A stretch of DNA of 64,000 bases from Desulfobacteraceae bacterium (lineage in GTDB: Bacteria; Desulfobacterota; Desulfobacteria; Desulfobacterales; UBA5616), in the NCBI GenBank assembly GCA_013791935.1, contig VMSV01000204.1, positions 13,415-77,414 on the forward strand. The letters run 5' to 3'. Numbering within the stretch: position 1 is the first letter of the stretch; the number at the start of each line of letters is the position of its first letter. This document shows positions 9,172 through 17,384 of this stretch, piece by piece. A model generated the notes under the pieces. That model did not search any database and was not told where the DNA came from. It was given only the letters and a program-made list of their open reading frames with translations. Position numbers and translations under genes: made by a program.

Positions 9172-10593
9172 ATGGTGGAAATCCTTTTTCTGGTTCCTTT
9201 TCTTACGGGCGTGCTCTCGTTTTTTCTGCCGAGCAAACCCGGCCGGAGCATGCTGGTGCTGACCGGCGCGATTCACTTCGTACTGACCCTTGTGCTCTGG
9301 ATCATTCGGCCCGGGGCCCTGATGCCCGCCTATTTCATGGTGACACCGGAAGGCCTTTTGTCCCTGTCGGTGATTTCCCTCCTCTTTCTGTTGATCTCCA
9401 TCTACACGACGGCGTATATCGAGAGCGCCCACATCCGCAATGAAAAGGTTTTCATCGGATCCATGCTGCTTTTTTTGTCCACCATGACCATGGTCACCCT
9501 TTCAGACCATATCATGGTCATGTGGATTGCCATAGAATCCACCACCCTGGCCAGTGCACCCTTGATCTACACGTCCGGGTCCCCGAAATCCCTGGAAACC
9601 ACCTGGAAATACGTTTTCATCTGCTCCGTGGGGATTGCTATGGCGCTTTTGGGCTCGGTCCTGATTTCCCTGGCCGTGGATGCGGGTGGTGAAAATGTCC
9701 CCATGTCTTTTTCAGCGCTTTCCGCGCAAGCCCCTCGCCTTGATAGCATGTGGCTCAAAGCCGGTTTTATTTTTATCCTCGTGGGATACGGGACCAAAAT
9801 GGGGCTTGCACCCATGCACACCTGGCTTCCCGATGCCCATAGCGAGGCCCCGAGCCCCGTGTCGGCCCTGCTCTCCGGCGTGCTGCTCAATTGCGCCTAT
9901 CTGGGTATTTTTAAAACCCACAAAATCATGGTCAGCGCCGGGTTGGCTGATTTCTCGGGAACCCTTCTCATGGCCTTCGGGATCGTCTCCATTCTGGCCG
10001 CCGCCACCTTTATTCTCAAACAGGGGGAGTACAAGCGCCTTTTGGCCTATTCCAGCATCGAAAATATGGGGATTATCGCTTTCGGAACCGGGCTGGGGGG
10101 CATCGGGGTTTACGGCGCCATACTCTGTCTGATTCATCACAGCCTGATCAAATCCTCTTTGTTTTTAACCTCGGGCAATATTCTACTGGGGTACGGCAAT
10201 CGTTTGATCGTGCAAACGGGAAACCTGGCCGGTCAAATGCCAAAAACTTTTGTGGCCTTTTTCGCCGGATTTGTGGGAATATCCGGTTTTCCGCCCTTCG
10301 GCATATTCATGGGAGAATTGCTGATCATCGTGGGGGCTTTCCGCACGGGGCATACGATTTGGGCCGGTATCTTCATTGCAAGCCTTTGCATCATCGTCGC
10401 CGGGTTTGTTAATCAGGTCATGCGGATATCCTTTGATGATGCCCCGAAAACCGTTAATTTTAAGGAAAAAGCACGGTTGATCTGGCCCCAGTTTACCTTG
10501 CTTGCGACCTCGGTGGTTTTAAGCTTCTGGATACCCGATGTGGTGTACCTGGAAATCGTCAATGCAGTGGTGTCCGTGGGTGGGGGATTTTAA
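9172..10593 (+). CDS. complex I NuoN/NuoM / HyfF-like antiporter-type membrane subunit
   Basis: 473 aa with the Mrp-type motif WLPDAHSEAPSPVSALLSGVLLNCAYLG. AAGGAG RBS. Confidence 0.8.
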   Translation: MVEILFLVPFLTGVLSFFLPSKPGRSMLVLTGAIHFVLTLVLWIIRPGALMPAYFMVTPEGLLSLSVISLLFLLISIYTTAYIESAHIRNEKVFIGSMLLFLSTMTMVTLSDHIMVMWIAIESTTLASAPLIYTSGSPKSLETTWKYVFICSVGIAMALLGSVLISLAVDAGGENVPMSFSALSAQAPRLDSMWLKAGFIFILVGYGTKMGLAPMHTWLPDAHSEAPSPVSALLSGVLLNCAYLGIFKTHKIMVSAGLADFSGTLLMAFGIVSILAAATFILKQGEYKRLLAYSSIENMGIIAFGTGLGGIGVYGAILCLIHHSLIKSSLFLTSGNILLGYGNRLIVQTGNLAGQMPKTFVAFFAGFVGISGFPPFGIFMGELLIIVGAFRTGHTIWAGIFIASLCIIVAGFVNQVMRISFDDAPKTVNFKEKARLIWPQFTLLATSVVLSFWIPDVVYLEIVNAVVSVGGGF

Positions 10594-12110
10594 TGAAAAC
10601 GAATTTTTTAACACTGGATAACGGCCGGGCCGTCCCAAGGGACAAGATTCCCCATTTGTCCTTTGAGAATTTTCGGGAAGAAGCATTGGCCATCGTGGGG
10701 GACGGCGGCAATGTGGTGCAATTTTTCGCTTACCAGGACACGGATCACACGCTTAAAATGCTGGCTGTTCTAAGATCGAAGGACCATACCCTGCTTGCAG
10801 CGGGTTGTGATGCTCCGCCTTCCTGGCCCGCCCTTTCCGCGATCTGCAGGCCTTTTCATTTGTTTGAACGGGAAATGGCCGAACAGTTCGGCCTTCGGCC
10901 CGAAGGGCACCCCTGGTTGAAAATGGTCCGATACCATGCCAACTGGATGGGGAAGGAAGACATTTTCGGAAACGATTATAGGGAAGATATTCCGGGAAAC
11001 TATGACTATTACTCCGTGACCGGAGATGAGATTCATGAGGTTGCGGTGGGACCGGTTCATGCGGGGGTCATCGAGCCCGGCCATTTCAGGTTCAACTGCA
11101 TCGGCGAAAAGGTGTTGCACCTGGAGATTCAATTGGGCTATCAGCATCGGGGGGTGGAGCTATTGCTTCTCAAGGCCGGGGCTTCCCGTCTGCCCATTAT
11201 TGCTGAAGGCATTGCAGGCGATACCGCCATCGGTCACAGCCTTTGCATGGCCCAGGCCGTGGAGGGACTTGCGGGTATTGAAGTGGATCAGGGGGCCAGA
11301 ATCAGTCGAACCATTGCCCTGGAACTGGAGCGCATTGCAAATCATGTGGGAGATTTGGGCGCCTTGAGCGGAGATGTGGCCTTTCTGCCCGTGGCCAACT
11401 ACTGCGGAAGAATGCGGGGAGATTTTCTCAATATGTCCCTGTGGATGTGCGGAAACCGTTTCGGCAAAGGCCTGGTTCGTCCGGGGGGGGTACGCTTTGC
11501 CTTGACCGATGAAGACAGAAGCGTGCTTCTGGGGCGCATCAACGAGTTGAAACCCCAGGTGGAACATGTCATCGATCTTCTATTCTCAACCTCCAGTGTT
11601 CGCGCCAGGTTTGAAGACTGCGGGGTGGTGCCCACCGAGATTGCCAAAAAACTGGGACTTGTGGGGCCTTCGGGCCGGGCCAGCAGTTTGCCGTATGATG
11701 CTCGACGCTGCTTTCCCACGGAATATTACTCTCAATTGTCGATTCCCGAAAGCGCCCTGGCCGGTTGCGATGTTTATGCCCGGGCCAGAGTCCGCGCCGA
11801 TGAAGTGCTTCAATCCATAGGAATCATTCAATCTTTGCTTTCCCATTCGGTGAATACTCACCCGGTGGAAACAATTGATTTTGCCCTGGCTCCGTCTTCT
11901 TTTACGGTGGCGATCAATGAAGCCTGGCGGGGGGAAGTCTCCCATGCCCTTCTCACCGACGGAAATGGCAAACTGCTTCGGTATAAAATCAAGGATCCGT
12001 CCTTTCACAACTGGAACGGTCTGGCCATGGCCTTAAGGAATACGGGAATTTCGGATTTCCCCTTGAACAACAAGAGCTTTAACCTGTCTTACTGCGGGTT
12101 TGATCTTTGA
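10593..12110 (+). CDS. fused NuoC-NuoD / HycE-like large subunit lacking all four Ni-Fe ligating cysteines (Ehr-type)
   Basis: GPVHAGVIEPGHFRF and YQHRGVE are conserved. The L1 motif RxCGxCxxxH reads EGIAGDTAIGH (Cys to Ala, Cys to Thr) in a gap-free alignment with the EchE sequence written from memory. The C-terminus ends ...NLSYCGFDL with no DPCxxCxxR motif. ATG overlaps the upstream TAA. Confidence 0.8.
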   Translation: MKTNFLTLDNGRAVPRDKIPHLSFENFREEALAIVGDGGNVVQFFAYQDTDHTLKMLAVLRSKDHTLLAAGCDAPPSWPALSAICRPFHLFEREMAEQFGLRPEGHPWLKMVRYHANWMGKEDIFGNDYREDIPGNYDYYSVTGDEIHEVAVGPVHAGVIEPGHFRFNCIGEKVLHLEIQLGYQHRGVELLLLKAGASRLPIIAEGIAGDTAIGHSLCMAQAVEGLAGIEVDQGARISRTIALELERIANHVGDLGALSGDVAFLPVANYCGRMRGDFLNMSLWMCGNRFGKGLVRPGGVRFALTDEDRSVLLGRINELKPQVEHVIDLLFSTSSVRARFEDCGVVPTEIAKKLGLVGPSGRASSLPYDARRCFPTEYYSQLSIPESALAGCDVYARARVRADEVLQSIGIIQSLLSHSVNTHPVETIDFALAPSSFTVAINEAWRGEVSHALLTDGNGKLLRYKIKDPSFHNWNGLAMALRNTGISDFPLNNKSFNLSYCGFDL

Positions 12111-12148
12111 TGGGCAACCATCATGAAAAATGAAAAAGTGAAATCACC

Positions 12149-12892
12149 ATGCTAAGAACCCTGAAAAACAGATTTGAACAAGGCTATCGGACGTCCGCCT
12201 ATCCCAAAACCCCCATTGAATTGCCCCAACGATACCGGGGTCTCCCGAAAGTCCATCAAAAAGTCTCTCAGGAAGTGGCGGACCAATGTGAAGCAGCCTG
12301 CCCCCAAAAGGCCATTGATGGAAAAAACAAACGCATCGACCTGGGCCGATGCGTGTTCTGCGGAACTTGCGAGCGGATTTCAAACGGGGGTTTCGCTTCC
12401 TTTTCCCGGTCTTTTGAGCTGGGAACGGCACAAAGGGACCATCTTTTCACCAACGGCACCCTTCCGTCTTTGGCTGAAAATGCCAAGGACCATTTTAAAA
12501 AACTCTTTGGCCGGTCCCTTCAGTTGCGGCAGGTGTCCGCCGCCGGATGCAATGCCTGTGAAGCGGATCTGAACGTATTGGCAACGCCTTTTTTTGACCT
12601 GGCCCGGTTCGGCATCAATTTTGTGGCTTCCCCCCGCCACGCCGACGGCATTGTGGTCACAGGACCCATTTCAAGAAACATGAAAAAAGCTCTGCTGGAA
12701 ACCTTTGATGCGGTGCCTTCCCCCAAGGTGGTCATTGCCGTGGGGGCCTGCTCCATTTCAGGCGGTCCGTTTCACGGCAGCCCCGAAGTCTCCGAAGGGT
12801 TGGGGGATCTTCTTCCCGTGGATCTCTTCATTCCCGGCTGCCCGCCCCATCCCCTGACCAATCTCCATGCCCTGCTGACGTTTTTCAAATAG
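12149..12892 (+). CDS. fusion of a NuoI/HycF-like 4Fe-4S ferredoxin domain with a NuoB/HycG-like small subunit
   Basis: N-terminus has CEAACP plus CVFCGTCERIS, i.e. 5 Cys, enough for one full cluster only. C-terminus has the NuoB/HycG motifs GCNACEADL, VIAVGACSISGGPF and IPGCPPHP, so N2-cluster ligands are retained. Confidence 0.8.
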   Translation: MLRTLKNRFEQGYRTSAYPKTPIELPQRYRGLPKVHQKVSQEVADQCEAACPQKAIDGKNKRIDLGRCVFCGTCERISNGGFASFSRSFELGTAQRDHLFTNGTLPSLAENAKDHFKKLFGRSLQLRQVSAAGCNACEADLNVLATPFFDLARFGINFVASPRHADGIVVTGPISRNMKKALLETFDAVPSPKVVIAVGACSISGGPFHGSPEVSEGLGDLLPVDLFIPGCPPHPLTNLHALLTFFK

Positions 12893-12897
12893 CCCAA

Positions 12898-14322
12898 TCA
12901 AGGTTTGATGACCAGGGTGGGGTACAACCCCTGCAACCGGCCCTGGGGGTAGGGTTGAAGGGTGTTGAAGGAAATGTTCTGGTTGTTCTGGGCATGGCCC
13001 TTGTTGGCCCCGGAAGCATTGTAAAAGGCTCCGTTGGCTTCCAGAATATGGTGAATCCTGTCCCGGAACGCGTTAACGAACGCCGCGCCGCTTCCTTCAA
13101 AAAACATCCGGCCCTTGGAGAAATGGGCGTTGATGTTTTTAAAATCCACGATGGCCATGCTGTTGGCTTCCAGCTCTTTGGGGTTGGTGATCATCCCCCA
13201 GGCAATATAACCCGCCGGAACAACGATTTTTTCCCTGGCATCGATAATGGTGTGGGGCATGATGATGGACTCTTTTTCAATGGAAAGGCGGCAGTCCGGA
13301 CGACCCCGCAGGAAACTGTTGAAGCCCACGAATACGTTTTTGCCCAGGTCTGCTTCGATGATCTTGGCCCCATGGGCTGTAACATTGTTACCTTCGAGCT
13401 TGCTGTTGATGATATAACAGTTTTCCTGGGCGTTGGCCCCCTGTCCCAGCCAGGCGTTTTGCAGAAAAGCCCTTTGGGACACCAGAACGTTTTCGCCGAT
13501 ATGGGTTTCGGGTTTGGTTACGGCATACCGGTCCAAAGAAGCGCTTTTGGGAACCGGGATGGAAGACGGAACATTCACCTTGTCAAACACCATCTGGAAG
13601 GCCTCCTTGCGGTCTTCCACAAAATCCACGATCTGGCCCTGGGGTGGTTTCCCCCCTGAAAAATAAACAAAATCATTCAGCTGGGCCATGGGATACCGGT
13701 AGAGAAAGTTAAACGTGTCATCTTTCTTCACCCACACGGTTCCCGGCGCCACATTCAAATGGCTGATCTCCCCGGCCTGGACGTATGAAAAGGTTCCCAC
13801 CACGGAATCGGTGACCGTGGTTAAATCCACGGTGGAAAAGGGTCCAAGAAAACACCCGGACGTGGGGGAGCCGTGAATATTGGCGTAGTTCAAGGAAATG
13901 GTGTCGTTGATAAAAAAATTCTCCAGGGTCTCCGGGTCGTGGGAATAGTTGTGAACCAGGGTCTTGTTGAGAAAACTGTCTTCAATGACAATGCCCTCAT
14001 CATCGGTGAGGGGAATTTTTTGATCTTGAAAAGCGAACAGGTCGCCTTTTTTCTTCAATTCGTCACCCCGGATGTCGCTTTTGTACAAAACCGCGTTTTT
14101 GACCCGGCATTTCCCCAGAAAATAACTGCCGGACAGGCAGGAATGGGTGAACTGCATATCCAGGGGGTGGCTGGAGGTAATCCCATAGAAAGCGTAGAAT
14201 TTCATCAGTTTATCATAAGGAAGAAGCTCCTTCAGCATGGGCTGGACATCGATGTTCAGCTCGCGAAGGTTGATGCTGGTCCGCAGGATGATTCTTTCAA
14301 ATAGTTTTTCCAGTTCTTTCAT
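12898..14322 (-). CDS. hypothetical protein with hexapeptide-like (left-handed beta-helix) repeats
   Basis: 474-aa ORF converging on the NuoIB-like gene. The stretch IGENVLVSQRAFLQNAWLGQGANAQENCYIINSKLEGNNVTAHGAKIIEADLGKNVFVGFNSFL has LbH periodicity. No catalytic motif recognised. Confidence 0.5.
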   Translation of the reverse strand: MKELEKLFERIILRTSINLRELNIDVQPMLKELLPYDKLMKFYAFYGITSSHPLDMQFTHSCLSGSYFLGKCRVKNAVLYKSDIRGDELKKKGDLFAFQDQKIPLTDDEGIVIEDSFLNKTLVHNYSHDPETLENFFINDTISLNYANIHGSPTSGCFLGPFSTVDLTTVTDSVVGTFSYVQAGEISHLNVAPGTVWVKKDDTFNFLYRYPMAQLNDFVYFSGGKPPQGQIVDFVEDRKEAFQMVFDKVNVPSSIPVPKSASLDRYAVTKPETHIGENVLVSQRAFLQNAWLGQGANAQENCYIINSKLEGNNVTAHGAKIIEADLGKNVFVGFNSFLRGRPDCRLSIEKESIIMPHTIIDAREKIVVPAGYIAWGMITNPKELEANSMAIVDFKNINAHFSKGRMFFEGSGAAFVNAFRDRIHHILEANGAFYNASGANKGHAQNNQNISFNTLQPYPQGRLQGLYPTLVIKP

Positions 14323-14333
14323 GGAGGAATCCT

Positions 14334-14897
14334 TTATGTCTTTGCGATTTTTTCGTTTTCTCTCATGGCATGAAAAATGGCGGCAAATACATCCGTCATG
14401 CGAAGAATGCCGATGATATCCTTGTCCTGCATAACCATCAGGGATAGATAATTCCCTTTGGAAAGCTGGAAGATGGCTTTGTCCAGGGACGCGTCGGCCG
14501 CAATCAATTCCCCGGCTGACGGTGTTTTCATGAAATCCTCCACCTTCATATTGGCGGGTCCCGAGCAGATTTCATTCAAGGAACGCCCCTTGGGCCGGTA
14601 TTGTTCGTGGACGGATGCAATAAAGGCCGGGCTGAAACCGAACTGGGCTGCTTCCTCCAAGCCTTCCACATGGGTATTTCCAGAAATGATCGCCCGTAAA
14701 ACGTCATTCTGGCTGAGCTTTCCCACCACCCGTTTGTTTTTGTTCATGACGAGCACCGCACGGTGGCGATACTTGGTGTAATCAAATTCCTCCTGGGCTT
14801 TTTCCAGAGCATCAACGGCCTGATAGAGGGTTGACCCCTCGGGAACCGTGGCGTATTCTGAAATAGGAACCATTAAATCTTTTACGATGTATTCCAT
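14334..14897 (-). CDS. CBS-pair domain protein
   Basis: Two CBS motifs (VKDLMVP...VPEGSTLYQAVDAL; VEDFMKTPSAGELIAADASLDKAIFQL). Confidence 0.7.
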   Translation of the reverse strand: MEYIVKDLMVPISEYATVPEGSTLYQAVDALEKAQEEFDYTKYRHRAVLVMNKNKRVVGKLSQNDVLRAIISGNTHVEGLEEAAQFGFSPAFIASVHEQYRPKGRSLNEICSGPANMKVEDFMKTPSAGELIAADASLDKAIFQLSKGNYLSLMVMQDKDIIGILRMTDVFAAIFHAMRENEKIAKT

Positions 14898-15015
14898 TTG
14901 ATCGCTCCTTATAATTTGAAAATGAATTGACAGAATTGATCCTTAAAATCAAGAAAAAGGTTTTTTTCAACAAAATTCACCGCATTAGGATTGAAAAGAT
15001 CCTTCAATTTTCCAA

Positions 15016-15044
15016 TCGACGAAATCTTAAAAAATGGATATAAT
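15016..15044 (+). promoter_or_regulatory. candidate sigma-70 promoter (TCGACG-17-TATAAT) for the CBS/ACT gene
   Basis: TATAATGGG at 15039-15047 is the same extended -10 seen at 531. It lies 35 nt upstream of the ATG at 15080 (RBS AGGAGG). Confidence 0.25.
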
Positions 15045-15079
15045 GGGATAACTTTTCGGGAAAAGCAACAGGAGGCGCC

Positions 15080-15754
15080 ATGCTGGTTCGGGATTGGATG
15101 AGCAAAACGGTTATTACGGCTGATGCGGAAGATTCCATGCAAGACGCGGTCAGACTGTTGAAAGACCACGGAATAAAAATACTACCGGTTTTGGACCACG
15201 GAAAACTCGCAGGAATTGTGACCGACCGGGACCTGAAGCGGGCCTCGGCATCGGACGCCACAACCCTGGAAATCCACGAACTGGTCTATCTTCTTTCCAA
15301 AATAAAAATCAAGGAGGTCATGACCCCCCACCCGGTGACCGTTTCCCTGGACGCAACCATAGAAGAAGCGGCCCAGGCCATGCTTGCCCGTAAAATATCC
15401 GGGGTTCCGGTGGTGGACCCCAATGGTGAAGTCCATGGGATAATCACCCAGAATGACCTGTTCCGGGTCATCATCTCCTTTACGGGCATTGATAAAAAAG
15501 GAATCCAGATCGGCCTTCAAACCTTGGATAGACCCGGAGCCCTCTCCTATTGCCTGGACATGATCCGGCAGCAAAACGGAAGAATCATGAGCGTATTAAG
15601 CTCCAGGGAACAGGCCCCGGAAGGAACTCTGAGAATCTATATCCGGGCTTTTGATATTGAAGGGGATAAACTTGAAGCCCTGAAAAAAGAGTTTCAGTCC
15701 AAGGCGGATATCCTGTACCTCGTAGATCATCAATCGGGCCGCAGAACCTTGTAA
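15080..15754 (+). CDS. CBS-pair + ACT domain protein (AcuB-like)
   Basis: MLVRDWMSKTVITA...GIKILPVLDHGKLAGIVTDRDL CBS pair followed by a C-terminal ACT-like domain. Confidence 0.7.
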   Translation: MLVRDWMSKTVITADAEDSMQDAVRLLKDHGIKILPVLDHGKLAGIVTDRDLKRASASDATTLEIHELVYLLSKIKIKEVMTPHPVTVSLDATIEEAAQAMLARKISGVPVVDPNGEVHGIITQNDLFRVIISFTGIDKKGIQIGLQTLDRPGALSYCLDMIRQQNGRIMSVLSSREQAPEGTLRIYIRAFDIEGDKLEALKKEFQSKADILYLVDHQSGRRTL

Positions 15755-15767
15755 GGATTTATACCTT

Positions 15768-17339
15768 ATGAAAGTCAGCCGCGTTTTCGAAATGCAGCAT
15801 CTGGATAAAATAGCCATGGAGCACTACGGTATTCCGGAATCCCTGTTGATGGAAAATGCGGGGCTGGCCGTTTCCGAAGTCATCCGCAGGACCCCGGGTG
15901 TTTCGGGCAAGCGGTTCTTGATCCTCTGCGGAACCGGCAACAACGGCGGAGACGGCTTTGTGGTGGCCCGAAAGATCCATTCCAACGGCGGGCGGCCCAA
16001 AATCATCCTCACGGGAGATCGAAATCGTTATCAGGGGGCGGCCCGAATAAATCTGAACATTCTGGAAAAATTGCCCGTAGAAATTGCTGATTTTTTTTCC
16101 TTGGATATCCTTCGAATGGATCTGGCCCAAAGCGATGCCATTGTGGATGCCATTTTTGGAACCGGACTGACCCGGAAGGTCGAGGGCAAATACCATGATA
16201 TCATTGACCTCGTCAATCAATCCGGGAAAACCGTTTTCAGTGTGGACATTCCCTCCGGTGTTTCCGGTGATACCGGCCAAGTCATGGGGATCGCGGTGGA
16301 TGCCCACCATACCGTCACCTTCGGGCTTCCCAAGACCGGCAATCTTTTTTATCCGGGGTTCAAACACTGCGGGAAACTCCATGTATCCCATATCTCCTTT
16401 CCACCCGATCTTTACGAACATTTCCAGATTTCCATCAACACACCCCTGGCGCTTCCCGACCGGAATCCCCAAGGCCACAAGGGTGAGTTTGGCCAGATGC
16501 TGGCCATCGCAGGGGCGTTCGGGTATTTTGGCGCCCCGTATTTTGCCGCCATGGCTTTTCTTAAAGCCGGTGGGGGATATTCCCGGTTGGCCTGCCCGAA
16601 AAGCATGGTTCCTTTCCTGGCCCGGAAGGGGCCCGAGATTGTCTTTATTCCCCGGGAAGAAACCCCCAAAGGAAGCATGGCTTTGAGCAACAAAAACGAT
16701 CTTCTGGCCCTCTGTGATAAAATGGACGTAGTGGTGTTGGGCCCCGGCTTGTCCCTTGAGGATGAAACCCTTGAACTTACAAGGCAACTTGCATTGGAAG
16801 TGGATAAACCCTTGATCCTGGACGGTGACGGGATCACGGCTCTTTGTGAGAATCCGGACCTTCTGACGGGAAGAAAAGGCGGCACCATCCTCACCCCCCA
16901 TCTTGGAGAAATGGCGCGGTTAACCGGCAAGACCCTTGCCTTTATTCAAGAGAACAAAATCGACCTGCTTCAGGATACCGCAAAAACCTTGAATTCCGTG
17001 ATTGTTTTAAAAGGGCCCCATTCCCTGATTGGATGCCCGGATGGGAAGGTGTATATCAACCTCAGCGGGAACAGCGGCATGGCAACGGCAGGTTCGGGAG
17101 ATGTGCTGGCCGGAACCATCGGAGCCATGGTGACCTTGGGCCTTTCCGTTGAAGATGCAGCCAGGAAAGGCGTTTTTCTCCACGGCCTTTCAGGGGATCT
17201 TGCGGCCCTGGAAAAAGGGGAAGACGGCATGACAGCCCAAGATATACTGGATTTTTTGCCCCTGGCCTTAAAATCAGACAGGGAAGGGCTACCCGACCCA
17301 TTGAAGGAAAAATACCGTGGGGCGGCGCTGGTTTTGTGA
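15768..17339 (+). CDS. nnr: bifunctional NAD(P)H-hydrate repair enzyme Nnr (epimerase + ADP-dependent dehydratase)
   Basis: YjeF-N motif LILCGTGNNGGDGFVVARKI and a C-terminal carbohydrate-kinase-like domain (GPGLSLEDETLEL...GSGDVLAGTIGAM). Confidence 0.85.
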   Translation: MKVSRVFEMQHLDKIAMEHYGIPESLLMENAGLAVSEVIRRTPGVSGKRFLILCGTGNNGGDGFVVARKIHSNGGRPKIILTGDRNRYQGAARINLNILEKLPVEIADFFSLDILRMDLAQSDAIVDAIFGTGLTRKVEGKYHDIIDLVNQSGKTVFSVDIPSGVSGDTGQVMGIAVDAHHTVTFGLPKTGNLFYPGFKHCGKLHVSHISFPPDLYEHFQISINTPLALPDRNPQGHKGEFGQMLAIAGAFGYFGAPYFAAMAFLKAGGGYSRLACPKSMVPFLARKGPEIVFIPREETPKGSMALSNKNDLLALCDKMDVVVLGPGLSLEDETLELTRQLALEVDKPLILDGDGITALCENPDLLTGRKGGTILTPHLGEMARLTGKTLAFIQENKIDLLQDTAKTLNSVIVLKGPHSLIGCPDGKVYINLSGNSGMATAGSGDVLAGTIGAMVTLGLSVEDAARKGVFLHGLSGDLAALEKGEDGMTAQDILDFLPLALKSDREGLPDPLKEKYRGAALVL

Positions 17340-17384
17340 TGAAAGGCCGGAAAAATTTCGGCATCAGAAAGCATGTTTTCTTGA

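Noticed and set aside
10593-12110. Calling the NuoCD-like protein a bona fide [NiFe] hydrogenase large subunit (HycE/HyfG)
   Set aside because: Both L1 cysteines are substituted (Ala, Thr) and there is no C-terminal CxxC. No hyp or hyc maturation genes in the window.
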